A stretch of DNA of 62,278 nucleotides from the NCBI GenBank assembly GCA_017610305.1, contig JAFCCJ010000001.1:1-62278 (forward strand), given 5' to 3'. This DNA is from Candidatus Iainarchaeum sp. (GTDB taxonomy: Archaea > Iainarchaeota > Iainarchaeia > Iainarchaeales > JAFCCJ01). This document shows, piece by piece, positions 57,926 to 62,278 of this stretch. The notes below the pieces were generated by a model, which saw nothing but the letters and a program-made list of their open reading frames with translations, was not told where the DNA came from and made no database searches. Every line of letters starts with the position of its first letter. Positions within the stretch are counted from its first letter, which is position 1. Made by a program: the position numbers and the translations under genes.

Positions 57926-58078
57926 AGATTCGAACTCGCGCGAGCAAAGCTCAACGGCTTACTACAACCGAAAATATGTATTAATAATGGTCCGAAGGAC
58001 CATTGACATACTTCGGTACAACCGCTCGAAAGCGGTTTTTTAGCAGGCCGCCGCGTTAGGCCACTCCGCCACCCCTGC
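57915..58078 (-). tRNA. tRNA-Ser (anticodon GCT) with an ~81-nt intron at the canonical 37/38 position
   Basis: Hand-folded. Acceptor GCAGGGG/CCCCTGC, anticodon stem GCGGC/GCCGT with loop CTGCTA|intron|A, a variable arm, and T-arm GCGAG-TTCGAAT-CTCGT. Exons are 38 + 45 nt. Confidence 0.85.
57960..58040 (-). other. tRNA-Ser intron (boundaries +/- 1-2 nt because of flanking A runs)
   Basis: Contains hairpin AACCGC-TTTCGA-GCGGTT and a long stem ACCGAAGTATGT...ACATATTTTCGGT enclosing ATGGTCC-TTCG-GGACCAT. Confidence 0.7.
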
Positions 58079-58158
58079 AGCAACTGACTAAATTCGCATA
58101 TATTTGGGCAGAATTGCTTTTATAAACATTTATCTAAGAATTTCTTTGGGGAGAACTT

Positions 58159-58707
58159 ATGAATCAGCATGACAGGGACTGTATATTGCTTGCGCTGCCT
58201 TTGGAATTAGGGGCTGTGAAAAATTACCAGAAACTCTCAGAAATGGCCATAAACGAAGATATGAAGAAATATTTCGAATTATTTGAGGCAAATGAGCAGG
58301 GGCATGTTGAGGGATTAAAGGAACTTATCTCCAAATATTTCAGCTCAGAACAGATGCAAATGCTGGATGAGGCTTTAAAACAAGCCACTCAAAATGCGTT
58401 AGATTTCAATGCTGATTTGAAAGAGATTCTCATCAAAATTCTGGAAATTGAGGAAAAACAGGTGAGGAGCTATAATTCCTGCGCCGAATCTGCCGAAACC
58501 GGTGAAGCTAAAACCATGTTCTATCATTTCTCGGAAAATGAAAAGATTCACGCCGAGATTATTAAGAAACTGATTCTTTCGATTGAGATTCCTGTTGGGG
58601 CCAAGGATAGCAAGTGCAGGGTTTGCGAAACTCCATTGGGGAATCATTTATCCATTTGCCACAACTGCGCAAGGGAAGAGATGGAAAAGGATTTGGAAGA
58701 AAAGTAA
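58159..58707 (+). CDS. Rubrerythrin-like diiron protein with a C-terminal Cys4 zinc-ribbon/rubredoxin-like domain
   Basis: Two ExxH motifs (EQGH, EKIH) in a four-helix-bundle-like sequence. C-terminal CRVC-x11-CHNC. Confidence 0.75.
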   Translation: MNQHDRDCILLALPLELGAVKNYQKLSEMAINEDMKKYFELFEANEQGHVEGLKELISKYFSSEQMQMLDEALKQATQNALDFNADLKEILIKILEIEEKQVRSYNSCAESAETGEAKTMFYHFSENEKIHAEIIKKLILSIEIPVGAKDSKCRVCETPLGNHLSICHNCAREEMEKDLEEK

Positions 58708-58878
58708 TTATTTTACTGTGAGCCCGTTAATAATTAATTCCGCCTCTTTTTTGCTGACTCTAATGTATTTGTCTTTTTGGAAACAGCTTGGGCAGAGTTC
58801 AGGAGGAATAACCCCAAAATGAATGTCGTTGCATACTGTGCAGCGGTAAAATGCTTTGTTTTCCCAGGGATTACTCAT
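58708..58878 (-). CDS. Rubredoxin-like small protein
   Basis: CTVC-x15-CPSC. The ATG at 58878 overlaps the upstream stop (ATGAGTAA). The track start at 58959 looks like an overextension. Confidence 0.6.
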   Translation of the reverse strand: MSNPWENKAFYRCTVCNDIHFGVIPPELCPSCFQKDKYIRVSKKEAELIINGLTVK

Positions 58879-59164
58879 TTCCGGTTCCCCCCTTTCCTTC
58901 TTTGAAAAAAAGCCCGCACCAGCAACGGTTTTTCTCTTTCCAGGTCTGCTGGATTTCAAAATTGCAGGGGCACAGTAATTCCAGATCCGCCTTTTCCCCC
59001 TTCTTCAATCTGCAGGGGCAGAACTTGCCCCCTGTTTCCTTTTCGAGTTTTATCAGACCATTGTAAAGGAAATCAAGATGCTGCTTGTTTTCGTTTAAGT
59101 CAAAATTGTTCTTCTTTGCCCATTCCGCAAAAAGGGAGCTTAATTGCTCAAAATCATCAGCCAT
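58871..59164 (-). CDS. Ferredoxin:thioredoxin reductase catalytic-subunit-like protein
   Basis: CPCR...CPC...CWCGLFF cysteine pattern of FTR catalytic chains. 97 aa. Confidence 0.75.
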   Translation of the reverse strand: MADDFEQLSSLFAEWAKKNNFDLNENKQHLDFLYNGLIKLEKETGGKFCPCRLKKGEKADLELLCPCNFEIQQTWKEKNRCWCGLFFKEGKGGTGNE

Positions 59165-59250
59165 GTAGGAATTAGTGGAAATAAATTAATAAACAATTTC
59201 GGATAGAGATAAACACTAATTATATATACGATAATACTCTATTTATAACA

Positions 59251-62200
59251 ATGAAATTTCTGGATTTGGTCAGGGAGAGGCTTCTATTTTTGTGGAACAG
59301 AATTAAGAAAAGCTATCTTGTTTTTTCACTTGCATTTCTTTTCTGGTTTCTTTTCAGGACAGGGTTTAAGCCTTCCAGAGTTACTTATCCCTGCCAGCAG
59401 ACCGCGGCTTCAAATTCACTGGTTTTTCTTTCAATGGCACCTGTGGTTTTTGTTAAGGATTTCAGGCATTTCTGGAAATACAAACTCGATGCGAAAAATA
59501 TTTTCAGGGTTTTTTCAGTGCTTGCGGTTATCGGGGTTGCGGTAATCGGCCTTTCGTTTGCATATGATGTCTACCTCGTAGAAATGAACAAACTTGTTTT
59601 GCAGAACATCGCAGTAGAGATGGATGCAAAGGCAAAAGCAATGCCTGAAATCATTTATTTCCAGGGATCTTTGCCCTCCCCTAACAGGGTTGTGATGGTG
59701 CATGATAGCACTGTTTCCACATGGAGGGGCCCCTCGAATTCGGGGGCAGACTACTGGAATGAGATTGACCAGACAACTGTGGATCAGATGTTTAACCGCG
59801 GAATAATGGAACTTACCGGCACCAGCAATATTACAGATGCCTGGCATGTCTTGATTCCTAATTATCAGCCGCATGAGAAAATTGCGATTAAAATCAACAA
59901 CAATAACATGGCTGTCTGGGGTTCAGTTAGGGGCGGTTCAAACTCTAATGCAGACGATATTGATGCAGTAATTGAGCCGGTTAATTCAATTGCAAAAAGC
60001 CTTAAGACTGCATTTGGTTCTAACATTCTTTATGAGGATATTTGGGTTTATGAATCCAACAGGGCATTTTATGCGGCATCATTTATGAATGATGCTGAAC
60101 CAGGAATCCAGTTTTTCAGCGCAATGAGTGGCGCCCCTGGAAATGTCACACCGACAGGATACAGCGGAACCGGACCTGATTCAGTCATATCCTTTAGCTT
60201 CGACCCAAGCCATACATTTGCCCTAAATGATGTGGTTGTAAATGCAGATTATCTTATCAATATCCCGATAGTTAAAAAGCACGGAGCTGAAACCTGGCAT
60301 GGCAGTGCAACTCTTGCTTTCAAAAACCATTTTGGCACGATTGATAGAGATGCCTTAACCACCCCCTTCCATGATGCGAGATTCCCGCGCACAAACAATT
60401 GCCTAGTGGATTTGCAAAGCAATCCAAACATAAGGGACAAAACTGTGCTGATTGTGGGGGATGGAATAATTGGAACACGCGGGCAGAATTATGTGCCCCC
60501 CGATCCATGGACAAATAGGTTCCCTGTGGAAATGACTCCGGAAATGCTTTTCTTCGCAGTTGACCCTGTTGCAATTGATTCTGTTATGGCGGATATGCTA
60601 TTTTGGGAGAGGGGCCATGAACATGTGGATGACACAAGAAGCTATATGCTCGGGGCAATGGATGAGGGTCTGGGAATTGCTGAAGTTGGGACGTGGTCAA
60701 CCGTTGATTATCCTGATATGACAATCAATTACAACAACATTGATTTTGTGCACGTAAATTTGGATGCCGGGCCTAGCACTTGCCCAAACGGAACTTGTGC
60801 TATTGACGAGGCCTGCGCTTTGGATTGTGATGGTGAAACACATTGCTCAGATTCTGCAGATAACGACCAGGATGGATGTTTGAATTCGGCGGATTCTGAT
60901 TGCGGAGGGACTGAAACTTCTTGCACAGATTCAAATGACAATGATTGTGATGGTTCAACCGATTGTGATGATTCTGACTGTTCCGGCAATCCAGCATGTG
61001 TTGTGCTGACCTGCTCTGATGGGACTGTTTATGGGGAATGTTCATCCACACAACCATTGTTCTGTTCTTCAGGGAGTTTAATTAATGATTGCTCCCAATG
61101 CGATTGCCCAAATGCAACAGACATTTGTGAAATGGACGGCAGTTGCAGTGCATGTGTTCCAAGTTCTGAAATTTGTGATAACGAAATAGATGATGACTGT
61201 GATTTGGATGTGGATTGCAGTGATTCATCTTGTTCCTCCGCGCCGGAATGCCAGTCCAGTGAACTCTTTAAGCTTGATTTTGGAAGCAATACAAGCCCTG
61301 TGATGGCTGGCTGGACTCAGGTAGGGGATGTTCCTTTCCCCGCCCTCGCTGTTGAAGGTTATGAATGGTCGGGAAACCCGCAGGTAAGGAACAGAGGAGG
61401 GGATGACATGACTAGGGACTTCCAGAATCGCGGTTACTTTGCAGCATCCCCTGTTTTCTCAATAAACCTCGATAATGGCGATTACAAAATAACATACTGG
61501 ACATATGATTCAGCATATGGAAATGACACAACCCTTGTTGATATTAGTGCCGAAGGAGAGCTTGTTTTAAGCAATGTTCAGGCAAGGCCAATAACAGTGC
61601 CGGCAAATTATACATTTAATGTAACAGTCAGCGACGGGCAGCTCAATATCTCATCATCGGATGTTTTGCAGTTTAACGGCCTGATTGTAGAAACAGTCGG
61701 AAGCTGTACTCCTGAAACAGAAATCTGCGGAAACGGAATTGATGAGGACTGCAATGGCGAGGATTTGGCATGCGCAAGCTGCACAGAGGGGGCAATAACT
61801 GCAAGGTGTGATTGTGGAGGAACTCCCTATGAAACCGGTTACTGCTGTTCAGGAAGCTGGCAAAGTGGCGAATGCACTGCCCCTGGAAGGTGCGACCAGG
61901 CAACTATTGAAGGTATTTTAGGAGTACCAATAATTTCACTGATAGATTCTGGCGATGGCTTAAGTTGTGGGGGAATTACTGGAGAAGCAACACCAAGAAT
62001 TTTAATGAGAGGAGTTATTGGCGAGATTTCGGAAGATTTCACATATGAGTATGATGCGGATGTTGAGGTTTCCAATACTGTTCAGGATTTGCTCCCGTTA
62101 GAAAATTACACTATTTTAATTCAGAATATTACTACAAGTCAATCAAGGAACCTTTCATTGCAATCAGATTTCGCAGGGGAATTGAATTTTGATGTTGAAC

Positions 62201-62278
62201 TTTTTACCCCATCAACTGCAGAAAGAGTTTTCTACCAGGACTTCGAGCAGGGTTGCTATCTGCAGGCGGGGGCAACGG
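59251..62278 (+). CDS. Very large DUF362-domain protein with Cys/Asp-rich MopE-like repeats (3'-truncated by window edge; absent from the ORF track)
   Basis: I translated it codon by codon from the ATG at 59251 and found no stop in 1009 codons to the window end. DUF362 motifs are KIAIKINNN, INIPIVKKHGAETWHGSATLAFKNHFGTI, LIVGDGIIGTRG and FFAVDPVAIDSVMADML. These are followed by CTDSNDNDCDGSTDCDDSDC, EICDNEIDDDCDLDVDC and EICGNGIDEDCNGEDLAC. Confidence 0.85.
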   Translation, partial: MKFLDLVRERLLFLWNRIKKSYLVFSLAFLFWFLFRTGFKPSRVTYPCQQTAASNSLVFLSMAPVVFVKDFRHFWKYKLDAKNIFRVFSVLAVIGVAVIGLSFAYDVYLVEMNKLVLQNIAVEMDAKAKAMPEIIYFQGSLPSPNRVVMVHDSTVSTWRGPSNSGADYWNEIDQTTVDQMFNRGIMELTGTSNITDAWHVLIPNYQPHEKIAIKINNNNMAVWGSVRGGSNSNADDIDAVIEPVNSIAKSLKTAFGSNILYEDIWVYESNRAFYAASFMNDAEPGIQFFSAMSGAPGNVTPTGYSGTGPDSVISFSFDPSHTFALNDVVVNADYLINIPIVKKHGAETWHGSATLAFKNHFGTIDRDALTTPFHDARFPRTNNCLVDLQSNPNIRDKTVLIVGDGIIGTRGQNYVPPDPWTNRFPVEMTPEMLFFAVDPVAIDSVMADMLFWERGHEHVDDTRSYMLGAMDEGLGIAEVGTWSTVDYPDMTINYNNIDFVHVNLDAGPSTCPNGTCAIDEACALDCDGETHCSDSADNDQDGCLNSADSDCGGTETSCTDSNDNDCDGSTDCDDSDCSGNPACVVLTCSDGTVYGECSSTQPLFCSSGSLINDCSQCDCPNATDICEMDGSCSACVPSSEICDNEIDDDCDLDVDCSDSSCSSAPECQSSELFKLDFGSNTSPVMAGWTQVGDVPFPALAVEGYEWSGNPQVRNRGGDDMTRDFQNRGYFAASPVFSINLDNGDYKITYWTYDSAYGNDTTLVDISAEGELVLSNVQARPITVPANYTFNVTVSDGQLNISSSDVLQFNGLIVETVGSCTPETEICGNGIDEDCNGEDLACASCTEGAITARCDCGGTPYETGYCCSGSWQSGECTAPGRCDQATIEGILGVPIISLIDSGDGLSCGGITGEATPRILMRGVIGEISEDFTYEYDADVEVSNTVQDLLPLENYTILIQNITTSQSRNLSLQSDFAGELNFDVELFTPSTAERVFYQDFEQGCYLQAGAT

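Noticed and set aside
57886-58083. A 65-aa minus-strand ORF in the track.
   Set aside because: It coincides exactly with the intron-containing tRNA-Ser gene and is not protein-coding.
58708-59164. Overlapping ORFs 58871..59164 and 58708..58959 in different frames looked like a frameshifted FTR-rubredoxin fusion gene.
   Set aside because: An internal ATG at 58878 gives a complete rubredoxin-like ORF whose start overlaps the FTR-like stop (ATGAGTAA). This is a normal coupled gene pair and no frameshift is needed.
59318-62075. Many 60-120-aa ORFs on both strands between 59.3 and 62.1 kb.
   Set aside because: All are out-of-frame or antisense shadows of the single 1009+-codon ORF starting at 59251.

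Overview
This is a moderately AT-rich chromosomal fragment that looks archaeal. Supporting features are a short archaeal/eukaryal-type TyrRS, a RibL-type FAD synthase, ThyX, a tRNA-Ser with an ~81-nt intron at position 37/38, AT-rich TATA-like boxes ~25 nt upstream of several ATGs, and many Lys-rich proteins. I saw no rRNA, CRISPR array, transposase or integrase.

Content from left to right:
1. nt 2-13601: a tightly coupled ~13.6-kb tryptophan plus shikimate supraoperon (trpE-G-D-CF, an MBL-fold gene, trpB-A, aroA-K-B-D-E-C, a small ORF, tyrA). trpE is cut by the window edge.
2. carA-TauE-carB, DUF1015, a LeuA/CimA-type synthase with a lysine-rich tail, a Kef-type antiporter, cysS and a radical-SAM/HhH gene.
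3. A LysW-like zinc-ribbon protein with an acidic tail, tyrS and ribL.
4. 33.8-41.7 kb, the most unusual part: three RimK/LysX-type ATP-grasp genes (one with degenerate active-site motifs, one split by an in-frame TAG), a membrane protein fusing an MscS-like channel core to a C39-like cysteine peptidase domain, and two paralogous M20 hydrolases flanking a GCS2 carboxylate-amine ligase.
5. guaB and thyX among AT-rich orphan genes.
6. Several secreted Cys-rich and PD40 beta-propeller lipoproteins that share a CGDxxC...ETxxxCPxDC module.
7. A glucosyl(mannosyl)-glycerate synthesis operon (gpgS-gpgP) with two GH15-like paralogs.
8. tRNA-Leu(CAA), and an AT-rich Fic gene bounded by a 14-bp direct repeat of the tRNA-Ser 3' end.
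9. A rubrerythrin / FTR-like / rubredoxin-like trio.
10. A gene of more than 1009 codons (59251 to the window end) that is missing from the ORF track because it has no stop in the window. It encodes a DUF362 domain followed by Cys/Asp-rich MopE-like repeats.

All functional calls come from motif-level reading of the supplied translations. No database search was run.
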